DNA of 42,130 bases, taken from UHGV virus genome UHGV-0207969. One strand, written 5' to 3'. A program made the translations under genes and the position numbers. The number at the start of each line of letters is the position of its first letter. Position 1 is the stretch's first letter. The stretch is from a virus. The notes below the pieces were generated by a model. That model worked only from the letters and a program-made list of their open reading frames with translations, did not search any database and was not told where the DNA came from. Positions 27,150 through 35,050 of this stretch are shown one piece after another.

Positions 27150-27545
27150 TCAGGAGTTTACAAATCTCGGTACTTTTTCATCCTTGCCCAAGATTTTGTT
27201 TTCAAGTTTTTCCTTGTTAAAGAATTTTTCGAAGGTGTCAAATAAAGGAACCTCGTATTTACCACGTTTTTTAGTAGCTTTAACTTGATTATTCGCCCAA
27301 GCTTGATAATGAATAAGCTCTTGTTCGTCTAATCTTTTGAGACGATAAGCAATAAGCCTTGTTTCGTATTCCGTCATTGTCATTCGATCAATGTCTAAAA
27401 AGTCAGTAATCCCGAGATAACGCAGACAGTTTATCTGGACAGTGGCATAAAAATCTTCTTCTACTTGCTTTCCTTGATTCTGTTTTCGACTGTTAGTGTT
27501 TTTTTCTTTGTAAATTCCGACTTTTTTAATTCTTCTAGTACCAAA
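27150..27545 (-). CDS. tail assembly chaperone, -1 frame (T-like) part of a G/GT pair
   Basis: This frame is open from 27545 with no start codon and overlaps the end of gene 27461-27808. A run of seven A (forward T7 at 27499-27505) lies in the overlap. Confidence 0.55.
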   Translation of the reverse strand, partial: FGTRRIKKVGIYKEKNTNSRKQNQGKQVEEDFYATVQINCLRYLGITDFLDIDRMTMTEYETRLIAYRLKRLDEQELIHYQAWANNQVKATKKRGKYEVPLFDTFEKFFNKEKLENKILGKDEKVPRFVNS

Positions 27546-27808
27546 TCAAAGAGTTTGTCCGAGCCGATTTCACCAACTAGGGCAATCAAATCTTTTTCAG
27601 CTACTCGTGGTGACTCTGTTGCATTTGCTACTTTTAACATTTCAATCAAAGTCTCGATATCTTCGTTAAAGAAATTCACTAGCGTTGAATCTAAGCCAAG
27701 TTTCATTGTCATCCCTTGCTCTACAACGGAATATCTGCGGTTCATTTCACGGATAAACCCAAATCCAAAAATAAAGCTATACTCTTTGTCGTTAATCGTT
27801 AGTTCCAT
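27461..27808 (-). CDS. tail assembly chaperone (gpG-like)
   Basis: 115-aa acidic protein directly upstream of the tape measure gene. RBS AGGAGGATGAATAA. Confidence 0.6.
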   Translation of the reverse strand: MELTINDKEYSFIFGFGFIREMNRRYSVVEQGMTMKLGLDSTLVNFFNEDIETLIEMLKVANATESPRVAEKDLIALVGEIGSDKLFDLVLEELKKSEFTKKKTLTVENRIKESK

Positions 27809-27850
27809 TTATTCATCCTCCTAAAAATAAAAGCACTCAATTAAGAGTGC

Positions 27851-28357
27851 TTATCCTTCTGGTGTTTGTTTTGTTGTGTCTACAAATGCATACTGAACTT
27901 CATTTTGTTGTTCGGCCGTTAAGGTTGCATAACCATCTTGATGAATCATTTGTACGGCGTATTCCAATGAAACTTCAACATTATCTTCGGCAGAAGCCGT
28001 TTCTTCATAGCTTGAGATATACACTTGCATATATTTAGCTGCAAATTTCCCTGTATCGCCTTCTTGTGGTTCGAGTTTGTCAATGATCCACGCTTCTACT
28101 AACTTGTTATTCATAAATGCATCGTAAAGCATTTTGAGTGTTTTGCTGCCGCGTTCATATAAAGCAGTAGAGCTGAAATCATACTCAATTGGCCCTACAC
28201 TTTGTGCAGTGCCATCTTTAGTTTCAGTTGCATCTGTGCTGCGCGACATACCGAATGTATGCTCAGTTTGATAAGTCACTGTTTTGGCATCTTCTTCAGC
28301 TTGTTTTTCCAAGTCCCGATAGACCAAAATGACGTCAATACCTTTTTTTAGTGCCAT
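27851..28357 (-). CDS. major tail protein
   Basis: 168 aa in the position conserved after the tail completion gene. RBS AGGAGGAATTTAA. Confidence 0.65.
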   Translation of the reverse strand: MALKKGIDVILVYRDLEKQAEEDAKTVTYQTEHTFGMSRSTDATETKDGTAQSVGPIEYDFSSTALYERGSKTLKMLYDAFMNNKLVEAWIIDKLEPQEGDTGKFAAKYMQVYISSYEETASAEDNVEVSLEYAVQMIHQDGYATLTAEQQNEVQYAFVDTTKQTPEG

Positions 28358-28753
28358 TTAAATTCCTCCTATTAATCTAAAATTCAATTCAATAATCGCT
28401 CGTTTAAGCGGTGTGTTTGTGCTTGTGTCTGTTACCGTCTGTATGTCGCTTGCATTGGTGTCTAGCGTCCATGAATATCCGTCAGATGTATTTACTTGCA
28501 TCGCTTGCTCAAACAAAGCAGACGCCATTTCAGACACCTGTTTTCGCTTTTTATGCAATCCCCATACAGAAATCACGATCACGACATTTCCCAAGACATG
28601 AGACTTGTTGATAGAGTGAAGTGTTTGAGTGTCTTCAAATTCAACAAAAGGATAGTTAGTAGTACTTGCTGGTTTGTAGTCGTATGTTTGATACCCCAAT
28701 GCAGTCGATCGTTTAAACATTTCATCAAAGATTGATTGTTCTCTAGTCTTCAT
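28358..28753 (-). CDS. tail terminator / tail completion protein
   Basis: 131 aa by gene order (SPP1 gp17-like position). Confidence 0.45.
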   Translation of the reverse strand: MKTREQSIFDEMFKRSTALGYQTYDYKPASTTNYPFVEFEDTQTLHSINKSHVLGNVVIVISVWGLHKKRKQVSEMASALFEQAMQVNTSDGYSWTLDTNASDIQTVTDTSTNTPLKRAIIELNFRLIGGI

Positions 28754-29095
28754 CTATTCCACCAACTTATCCATATCAGATTTAAACTGCGCCTTCTGCT
28801 TATTGAAAGCTGGTCGCATAAATGGTTGAGCTGATCGGAACCTTGTTCCGTACTCCAAATAAGGAGCGTAATCGGCGGTAGGTTTCACCTTTCCTGTTAA
28901 ACCGCCATCGCTCAAATCCATAGTTATTGATCGTCTCAAGTTACCAGTATCGACTGGCGCTTTACGTTGTGCGCCTTGTGTCAATTCAGCTGTATTTTGT
29001 TTGACGATCTGCTTCACATCTTTCATATTTGCATTAGACTTGAGTTTCATCGTCAATTCGCTAACACCTTTGAGAGAAACGTTCCTTCTAGCCAC
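28754..29095 (-). CDS. head-tail joining protein (HK97 gp10-like)
   Basis: 113 aa, by position and size. Confidence 0.45.
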   Translation of the reverse strand: MARRNVSLKGVSELTMKLKSNANMKDVKQIVKQNTAELTQGAQRKAPVDTGNLRRSITMDLSDGGLTGKVKPTADYAPYLEYGTRFRSAQPFMRPAFNKQKAQFKSDMDKLVE

Positions 29096-29405
29096 CAGAA
29101 GCCACCTCCTGGACGATAATGCTATTTCTTAATGCCGGAGTTCTCGTGGTGACATCTTTATACGTTTTTCCTTCGTACAAAATGCGATCATACTCTGGAA
29201 CAACAAAAAGAGGCATGGTTCTGATAACCTTTGCCCCTTGTCGTATATCTCCAAAAATAGCCATACTCCTATCTGTTCCAACATCCGTCACGTTAACGTT
29301 TGCTGTCGTCCGAATAGGTGCCGAATCTACCCACTCGCCCAAGTCTGGATCGTAATGGCTACCTAATCCATCTTTCTCGAAAGTAACTTCATCTAAAAAT
29401 CTCAT
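29088..29405 (-). CDS. head closure / stopper protein
   Basis: 105 aa, by position (SPP1 gp16-like). Confidence 0.45.
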   Translation of the reverse strand: MRFLDEVTFEKDGLGSHYDPDLGEWVDSAPIRTTANVNVTDVGTDRSMAIFGDIRQGAKVIRTMPLFVVPEYDRILYEGKTYKDVTTRTPALRNSIIVQEVASGG

Positions 29406-29731
29406 ATGAAGTAAATCCCCCCTCGCTTGGGCTTGTATAAGTCTTCATCGTCTTTTCTTTTAAAGGAATCAATCTCCGATCCATATTCGGAAAAATCCGA
29501 ATCAGGAAATGCCATAGATAGTCCTTCTTGAGAGTATGAGGACATCCCTTCCTGTCCAACTCGGTTAAAACGTTTGTTGGTTACATCGAAAACAATGTAC
29601 TCTAATGAATCTGGAATAACAGAGACGCCTAGCAATGACGCTAAGCGCTCTCTAGTTCGTTTCTCGATAACTTCTAGCTTATCATCTGTAGAACCGCTTA
29701 GAAGCTTCTTAACGTCATCTTTAATTGCCAT
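29402..29731 (-). CDS. head-tail connector (gp15/gp6-like)
   Basis: 109 aa, the first gene after the capsid gene. Confidence 0.45.
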   Translation of the reverse strand: MAIKDDVKKLLSGSTDDKLEVIEKRTRERLASLLGVSVIPDSLEYIVFDVTNKRFNRVGQEGMSSYSQEGLSMAFPDSDFSEYGSEIDSFKRKDDEDLYKPKRGGIYFI

Positions 29732-29746
29732 TCGTATCTATCCTTC

Positions 29747-30057
29747 CTACGGTTCAGTCAGAGTCAAAACGTGAGTATCCGTATGTGATCCATCTTCCGT
29801 TTTGATTGTTGTCGTGTACTCGCCAGCAGGTACAGTTTCATTCCAAGTAATATTACCGCTAGAAGAAACCGCCAAACCAGTTGTTGCTGGTGCAATTGAA
29901 TATGTCACTGTTTTATTTGTTGCGTTTTGTGGCGCAACAGTGGCTGTTAATTGTCTATTACCGGCAGTCCCCGCAACTGCACTTGAAGTTTTAGGCGATA
30001 CTGTAACGCCTGTAACGGGGACTGTTACTCCCCCGCCGGTTGAATTTTCCCGAATGC
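29747..30057 (-). CDS. Big_2 (bacterial Ig-like) domain ORF with no start codon in the -1 frame of the capsid gene 3' end: putative frameshift extension of the major capsid protein
   Basis: Minus-strand translation gives VPVTGVTVSPKTSSAVAGTAGNRQLTATVAPQNATNKTVTYSIAPATTGLAVSSSGNITW...TEP then a stop. The frame opens about 10 codons before the capsid TAA. No ATG/GTG/TTG gives an ORF of 60 aa or more. Confidence 0.5.
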
Positions 30058-30951
30058 TTCATCTTTAACGATCATGAAACCAACATCCATTGTCGCACGC
30101 AAAGCAACTAATTCTTGCTCAAACAAGTTAACTGGCGTACCGTCTTCGTTTGTAAGAGTCGAAAGTTGAGCGTCTTCAGAAATTTTGAACGAGATATTGT
30201 ATGGGATTCCGTAGAACATATAGTTAAAGTCGCCTGCATACAACTCACCTTTTGCCAAAGCTTTCAAATCGACTACTGGCAACCCATCAATAGTGTTAGC
30301 CGCACGATCGTAAATGAATTCAACATTCGTGCCAACTGTTTGAGCTGCAGAGCGAAGTTCTGTACGGTTTTTGCGGTTCGAAATGAATGCATTTGGTTCA
30401 AATTCATTTTCACCCAAAGCATCTTCTAATGCCAAAATGTTGTCATAAGTCAAAGGGCCGTTGATAACATTAGCCGCTGCAACAACAGATTCTTCTAAAG
30501 ATTGTGGAAACGGATTGTCTGTATTCAACAAAGCAGCAGCATCAAATTTTTTGTAGAAAGCTTCCGCAATTTTTGGCTGCATCTTCTCAAAGAAATCTGA
30601 TAATTTATAATTTAAATATTCACGAGAAACCGGAAGAATGACACCGAGTTTTTTTGCAGTCATCGTAGCTTGCATCCATTTAGGTTTAGACGTTTTAATT
30701 TTTTCACCTTCACCAACCCAGTATGCGCCTGGACCTTCAGCAAAGTATTCGAATTTCTTTTCTTTGTCCGTCATTTCTTCATACTTGGCCAGCTGCATGA
30801 TCTTAGAGTTTTCCATGACTTCATTAACAATAAGCGTATTGTACTTGTCGGGGATCTTGCCTTCTTTTGTTTCGTAAACTGTCACATTATCTGGATTCCA
30901 AGTCTGAGCAAAGTATTGCAAATTCATATTCATTAATCGTTTGTTTTTCAT
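30025..30951 (-). CDS. major capsid protein
   Basis: 308 aa immediately after the scaffold gene. N-terminal MKNKRLMNMNLQYFAQ propeptide-like motif. RBS AGGAGGAAATACTAA. Confidence 0.8.
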   Translation of the reverse strand: MKNKRLMNMNLQYFAQTWNPDNVTVYETKEGKIPDKYNTLIVNEVMENSKIMQLAKYEEMTDKEKKFEYFAEGPGAYWVGEGEKIKTSKPKWMQATMTAKKLGVILPVSREYLNYKLSDFFEKMQPKIAEAFYKKFDAAALLNTDNPFPQSLEESVVAAANVINGPLTYDNILALEDALGENEFEPNAFISNRKNRTELRSAAQTVGTNVEFIYDRAANTIDGLPVVDLKALAKGELYAGDFNYMFYGIPYNISFKISEDAQLSTLTNEDGTPVNLFEQELVALRATMDVGFMIVKDEAFGKIQPAGE

Positions 30952-30964
30952 TTAGTATTTCCTC

Positions 30965-31552
30965 CTATTTAATGATTCTGTTTTTAGCAGCCAATTCAGC
31001 CACAGTTTGTTTAGTGTTCTTATCAGCAGAAAACTGTCCGCCTTCACCCGGCGTAGATTGACGAGCATTTTCTTTTTTGATCCGAGATGCAAAGTTAGTA
31101 ATAACTGCAACAGCCTTTTTAGTAGCTTCTGCATCTTCTGAGACAATCAATCCGAGTATTTCATCATCTTGTGGCAATCCTGCTCCTGAGAGCATTTTAG
31201 AAGCTTCTGACTTCATTTCGTTAATAGTCTGTCCACGTTTCAGTTCAGCGATTTCGGCTTCTTTTTGCTCCAATTCGTGTTGCAGTTTTTCTTCCGCATT
31301 CATTTTTGCGAGCTTCTTAGCTTCTTCTTTTTTCGCTTCTGCTTCTTGTTCCCAACTTGCACGAGCCTTTTTAGTTTCAGCAGCAACAATTTTTGCTAAT
31401 TCGTCACGAGAAAATGTTTTGCCAGTTTCTTCCTTCTTTGTTTCATCTGTGGTGGTTTCAGTTGTTTCAGTCGACGTCGTTTCTTGAGAACCGCCATCTT
31501 GTTCAGCAAAAAATTGAAGTTTCATAGGCATTAATAAACGTTTTTTCTTCAT
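30965..31552 (-). CDS. scaffolding protein
   Basis: 195 aa, highly charged coiled coil (AEAKKEEAKKLAKMNAEEKLQHELEQKEAEIAELK). N-terminal MKKKRLLMPMKLQFFAE. RBS GGAGGAATAATC. Confidence 0.75.
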   Translation of the reverse strand: MKKKRLLMPMKLQFFAEQDGGSQETTSTETTETTTDETKKEETGKTFSRDELAKIVAAETKKARASWEQEAEAKKEEAKKLAKMNAEEKLQHELEQKEAEIAELKRGQTINEMKSEASKMLSGAGLPQDDEILGLIVSEDAEATKKAVAVITNFASRIKKENARQSTPGEGGQFSADKNTKQTVAELAAKNRIIK

Positions 31553-31650
31553 GATTATTCCTCCGCGGTTACGCCGTTACCCGATAATTTAACTAGTTAC
31601 GCCAGTCAGTCGGAACAGCTTTCTCTTTAGTGCCTGTAAGCAGTAAGAAG

Positions 31651-31679
31651 GCATAATAAAAAGCCTAGCGATTGCTAGA
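31651..31679 (-). terminator. terminator hairpin; copy 1 of a ~30-bp repeat flanking gene 31689-31895
   Basis: Minus strand reads tctagcaatcgctaggctttttattatgc. The motif is repeated at 31918-31952. Confidence 0.5.
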
Positions 31680-31688
31680 TCTTGATTT

Positions 31689-31895
31689 TTATAGTTTGAA
31701 ACAAGAAATATGGTCGATACTTCTGTAACCTATTCCGTCACCTACGCCTGTTCCTTTTAATGCTATCGCCATGGCAACATCAATTGCTTTAAATTTAGTT
31801 TTAGCTATAACATCAATATATTTTGTTAGGTATTCTCTTTTCGACCAGTCGTTTCTATACGTTATAATCACAACGTATTTTTTGTTTTTAAACAT
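31689..31895 (-). CDS. hypothetical protein (moron-like)
   Basis: 68 aa. RBS AAGGAGTGATTGC. Flanked by the repeated terminator-like element. Confidence 0.45.
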   Translation of the reverse strand: MFKNKKYVVIITYRNDWSKREYLTKYIDVIAKTKFKAIDVAMAIALKGTGVGDGIGYRSIDHISCFKL

Positions 31896-31917
31896 GCAAT
31901 CACTCCTTGCTGTTTAT

Positions 31918-31952
31918 CGCATAATAAAAAGCCGTTAGCGAATGGGCTAGCG
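31918..31952 (-). repeat. copy 2 of the gcataataaaaagcc...gctag repeat
   Basis: cgcataataaaaagccgttagcgaatgggctagcg against gcataataaaaagcctagcgattgctag at 31651-31679. Confidence 0.45.
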
Positions 31953-32123
31953 ACTTTGATTAACTTTGATATATTTGTTTTGATTTTCTTCAAAATCACT
32001 CATGAACCATTCGAATGTGTCTTCGGCTAGTTCTGTATTATATAAACTTTGAAACTTGACTTTAAATAAATACCAATAGAACGGGAATTTCATTTTTATT
32101 TTTAGAGTGATTGTTTTCTCCAT
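31947..32123 (-). CDS. small hypothetical protein (58 aa)
   Basis: RBS AGAGGGTTATAACC before the ATG at 32123. Ends inside repeat copy 2. Confidence 0.3.
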   Translation of the reverse strand: MEKTITLKIKMKFPFYWYLFKVKFQSLYNTELAEDTFEWFMSDFEENQNKYIKVNQSR

Positions 32124-32125
32124 GG

Positions 32126-33082
32126 TTATAACCCTCTTTCTTTAAGCGACTTCTCAAAAGCATCACGATCCACATAAGGTGCGGTTGAACAGCGGCAAAA
32201 AGGATGTAGACCAGGTGCGTTAACGCCTGGCTGCATATCATCAACATTGAATATCTTTCCGCTTAGCGGATCGCACAGATTCTTGCACGCTGTTGGTTCG
32301 GCTATATAAACATATTGATCTATTTCGGCATCACGATAGCTTTGTTTCTGAATCCCCGTCTGCACTCTAGTGGTCTCTGTTACCATCAACCGTTGTGCAT
32401 TGAACTTAGCGTTCTCCTTACCTTCTTGAGTGAGGTATTTAGCCAGTTCTGGCGCTAGTTGCTTAGGATTACGCCCCATAGTCACACTTCGAACAAGCAA
32501 CTTATCCAAATCCGCTTTCAATTCTGCTTGATACATCCACAAATTATCGCTGAATGTAGCAAACCCCTCTGCTTTAAACGAACTGTTCAATACTTGCTCA
32601 ACACGCTTGCCGTAATCACTCTTAGATATAGTCATATCCAAAATGCCGGCTTGCCGTTGTAATTCTTTTAATCCAGCTTTAGTTAGTTCGCTTGAAAAGT
32701 ATTTGTCCAAATCATCGAACGTAGCGATTAATTCTAAACCGACATTAGCTTTCAGCAATTCCAATCGATTGACACGCATCGTAAGGTTGTATAGCTTCAA
32801 TTCCTTGTTTGCTGTAGGCGAGAAGTCTTTTTCTTTAACGTACTTCTTAGCCTTACGAGCAAATGCTTTTACATCCATCTCACTAGCACGCTTCATTGCT
32901 TCACTGCGAGTGATTTTCTGCCCGTTTGAAAAACTATCCCACTGTGCGTCTATCTCTTTCTGTATCGCATCCTGTGCGTATTGCATGCGCTTCTTGATTT
33001 CAGCCATGCGAGTTTTATCATCTTTAATCTGCTGTTCTTGCCAAGCTTTCTCACGTTTGATGAAGTAATCTTGTGACTTCAC
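32126..33082 (-). CDS. minor head protein (SPP1 gp7 / Mu F-like head morphogenesis protein)
   Basis: C-terminal GVNAPGLHPFCRCSTAPYVD is the conserved Mu F-family motif. Sits downstream of the portal gene. Confidence 0.75.
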   Translation of the reverse strand: MKSQDYFIKREKAWQEQQIKDDKTRMAEIKKRMQYAQDAIQKEIDAQWDSFSNGQKITRSEAMKRASEMDVKAFARKAKKYVKEKDFSPTANKELKLYNLTMRVNRLELLKANVGLELIATFDDLDKYFSSELTKAGLKELQRQAGILDMTISKSDYGKRVEQVLNSSFKAEGFATFSDNLWMYQAELKADLDKLLVRSVTMGRNPKQLAPELAKYLTQEGKENAKFNAQRLMVTETTRVQTGIQKQSYRDAEIDQYVYIAEPTACKNLCDPLSGKIFNVDDMQPGVNAPGLHPFCRCSTAPYVDRDAFEKSLKERGL

Positions 33083-33110
33083 TTAATCACTCCTTTTAAT
33101 TCCAGAATGG

Positions 33111-33326
33111 TTAAAATTCCGTTGGACTATTGACCCCGCAATCTAAATATCCAAGGTTCGATAAAATTTGCTCAAGAACTTCTGCTTTGCCTTTTGCCGC
33201 TAACAAGTCTTTATACTCATTTTTGCTGATGGTGATTTTTTCTTCTTCGGCAAAAGTCATGCAACTTGCGTTTTTCAACGCATTAATCACCTCTTCAGTT
33301 ACTGGTTCTTTTTGATTAAACTCCAT
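33111..33326 (-). CDS. hypothetical protein
   Basis: 71-aa acidic ORF between the portal and MuF genes. RBS AAGGAGGAAGT. Confidence 0.45.
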   Translation of the reverse strand: MEFNQKEPVTEEVINALKNASCMTFAEEEKITISKNEYKDLLAAKGKAEVLEQILSNLGYLDCGVNSPTEF

Positions 33327-33339
33327 GATACTTCCTCCT

Positions 33340-33570
33340 TTACCAACTAAACCTAACTAACTGCAACCCGTCAGCATCAGAATGCTTATCCTCATAATCC
33401 TCAACAGTAAAGCCGCCATCTTGAAACTCTTTGCGAATATCATCCGTGATGACATCTTTGCCATAAAAAACTTCATTGCGTCCTTTTTGCATAGCTTCAG
33501 CAATGGCTTCCTTGATATTCTCACTATCTTTCTTCTGATACTCGTTCATCATTTGTTCTTTGAGATTCAT
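33340..33570 (-). CDS. hypothetical protein
   Basis: Start placed at MNLKEQMMNEY because AAGGAGGTTGAAG precedes it. The longer track ORF overlaps the portal gene by 100 nt. Confidence 0.45.
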   Translation of the reverse strand: MNLKEQMMNEYQKKDSENIKEAIAEAMQKGRNEVFYGKDVITDDIRKEFQDGGFTVEDYEDKHSDADGLQLVRFSW

Positions 33571-35038
33571 CTTCAACCTCCTTGTCGCTATCAAACATGC
33601 CTCTGTCCGCTGGCGCTTCAGCATTCACACGTTTCAATTCTGCTTTTACGTCAGGTACAAAGGATGCCAATCCCAATATAGTTTCTTGACTGATTTCTGC
33701 TCCTGCATCAACTAATGCCTTCAACTCTTCTAAAATTGCTTTAGGCAAGTTAGGCGTGAAAATTACTCGCAATCCTTTTAAGTCTGAGTTTTCAATCTCG
33801 GCTACATTTGATTTGAGATTAAACAAAAGACGGTAGCGCCGCATAAGACCTTTTTTAAATAGCCTTTGCTTCACTGCCGTCATCTGTTCGAACCCGAATA
33901 GTTTATATTTCATTGCTTCCCCAGATTGCACACCTGAGAAGTTATCATCTGTTAGATCAGGAACCATCGAAATCTCGTGGATATCTTTCCTCACACGATC
34001 TTTATAAGCTTCTACGCCATTTACATCATATTGCTTATAAATATAGCCAGCTGTCACAGACGTTTTATTGCCGTTGATATCTGTACCAGATTCAAGGAGC
34101 AACATGTTTGCATCCTTTTGCTTGGCTGCATCGTCAGCAGTTAAACCAGACGCTTGAATGTCACCGCTAATCACTAGAAGTGCATCGTTTAAGTCCGTCA
34201 TGTAGTTTGCTGTATCGGACTGACCTGCATCATACAAATCCATTAGAGAAAGAGTATCTTCGTATAAACCCATTCTGAAACGATTTGGCGAGTACTCAGT
34301 AATAGGAACTTCTTTCAATTCGTGAGGTTCCTCTTCTGGGTTTTCAAGTGAGATAGAGTGCAGAGACGTTTCTTTGTAATAAATAGTTTTATCCGATGTG
34401 TAAATAATCGGCTGAATGAATTGCTTGTCAGCGTTTTTTGAAAATCTTGTTTTAGGATATCTCACTGCCAGTATAGGCTCACGTTTAACAGTTGTGTCAT
34501 AGACAACAAATGTCTCAAACACATTTGCTAAATCTACATAGTCGATGTCGTCTTTGTCTCGGTAACTGATTTCATAAGCTCTGCCATATTTATCCATGTC
34601 TAACCAAAGCTCGCCATTCAAACCATCAATATCATTATTCGCGTTGAATTCGTCAATTTGCTTTTGCTGATCGCCATTATCGATTTGAACCTTAATCGGA
34701 TTGCCTGTGTTGTAACCTACATCAAACGTACATAAAACCTTGCCGAAGTTGTGGGCAGAGCGATGATCCGCTTTTTCCTTTTCCTTACGTCTTCGGTTTT
34801 TCCTGATGTTGGTGTTTCTTGCTTTGTAATAATCGTCTAATACTTCAAGTCTTGGGACTTGGTATTGATGGTGATGTTGGATCATTCCTGCTAAGGTGTC
34901 CAAATCAGCAAGCAAGTCTTCTGCAGAACTAAACCGATAATGGATATTCGATTCTACTTCAAAGCTGACATAGTTAACATTCACATCAGCAGACGCTCTG
35001 CTATCAACGTCATATTCAAATTCATTTACTTTATCCAT
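33524..35038 (-). CDS. portal protein (SPP1 gp6-like)
   Basis: 504 aa immediately after terL. Acidic C-terminal tail. The size and position are standard. Confidence 0.8.
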   Translation of the reverse strand: MDKVNEFEYDVDSRASADVNVNYVSFEVESNIHYRFSSAEDLLADLDTLAGMIQHHHQYQVPRLEVLDDYYKARNTNIRKNRRRKEKEKADHRSAHNFGKVLCTFDVGYNTGNPIKVQIDNGDQQKQIDEFNANNDIDGLNGELWLDMDKYGRAYEISYRDKDDIDYVDLANVFETFVVYDTTVKREPILAVRYPKTRFSKNADKQFIQPIIYTSDKTIYYKETSLHSISLENPEEEPHELKEVPITEYSPNRFRMGLYEDTLSLMDLYDAGQSDTANYMTDLNDALLVISGDIQASGLTADDAAKQKDANMLLLESGTDINGNKTSVTAGYIYKQYDVNGVEAYKDRVRKDIHEISMVPDLTDDNFSGVQSGEAMKYKLFGFEQMTAVKQRLFKKGLMRRYRLLFNLKSNVAEIENSDLKGLRVIFTPNLPKAILEELKALVDAGAEISQETILGLASFVPDVKAELKRVNAEAPADRGMFDSDKEVEDESQRTNDERVSEER

Positions 35039-35050
35039 TCCTCACACTCC

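Noticed and set aside
29802-30068. 88-aa plus-strand ORF between the connector and capsid genes
   Set aside because: The opposite strand carries a far more convincing Big_2-domain reading frame contiguous with the capsid gene. This plus-strand ORF is antisense to it.
32062-32247. 61-aa minus-strand ORF overlapping the end of the MuF-like gene
   Set aside because: Overlaps the MuF gene out of frame. A better-supported 58-aa ORF with an RBS occupies the adjacent space.
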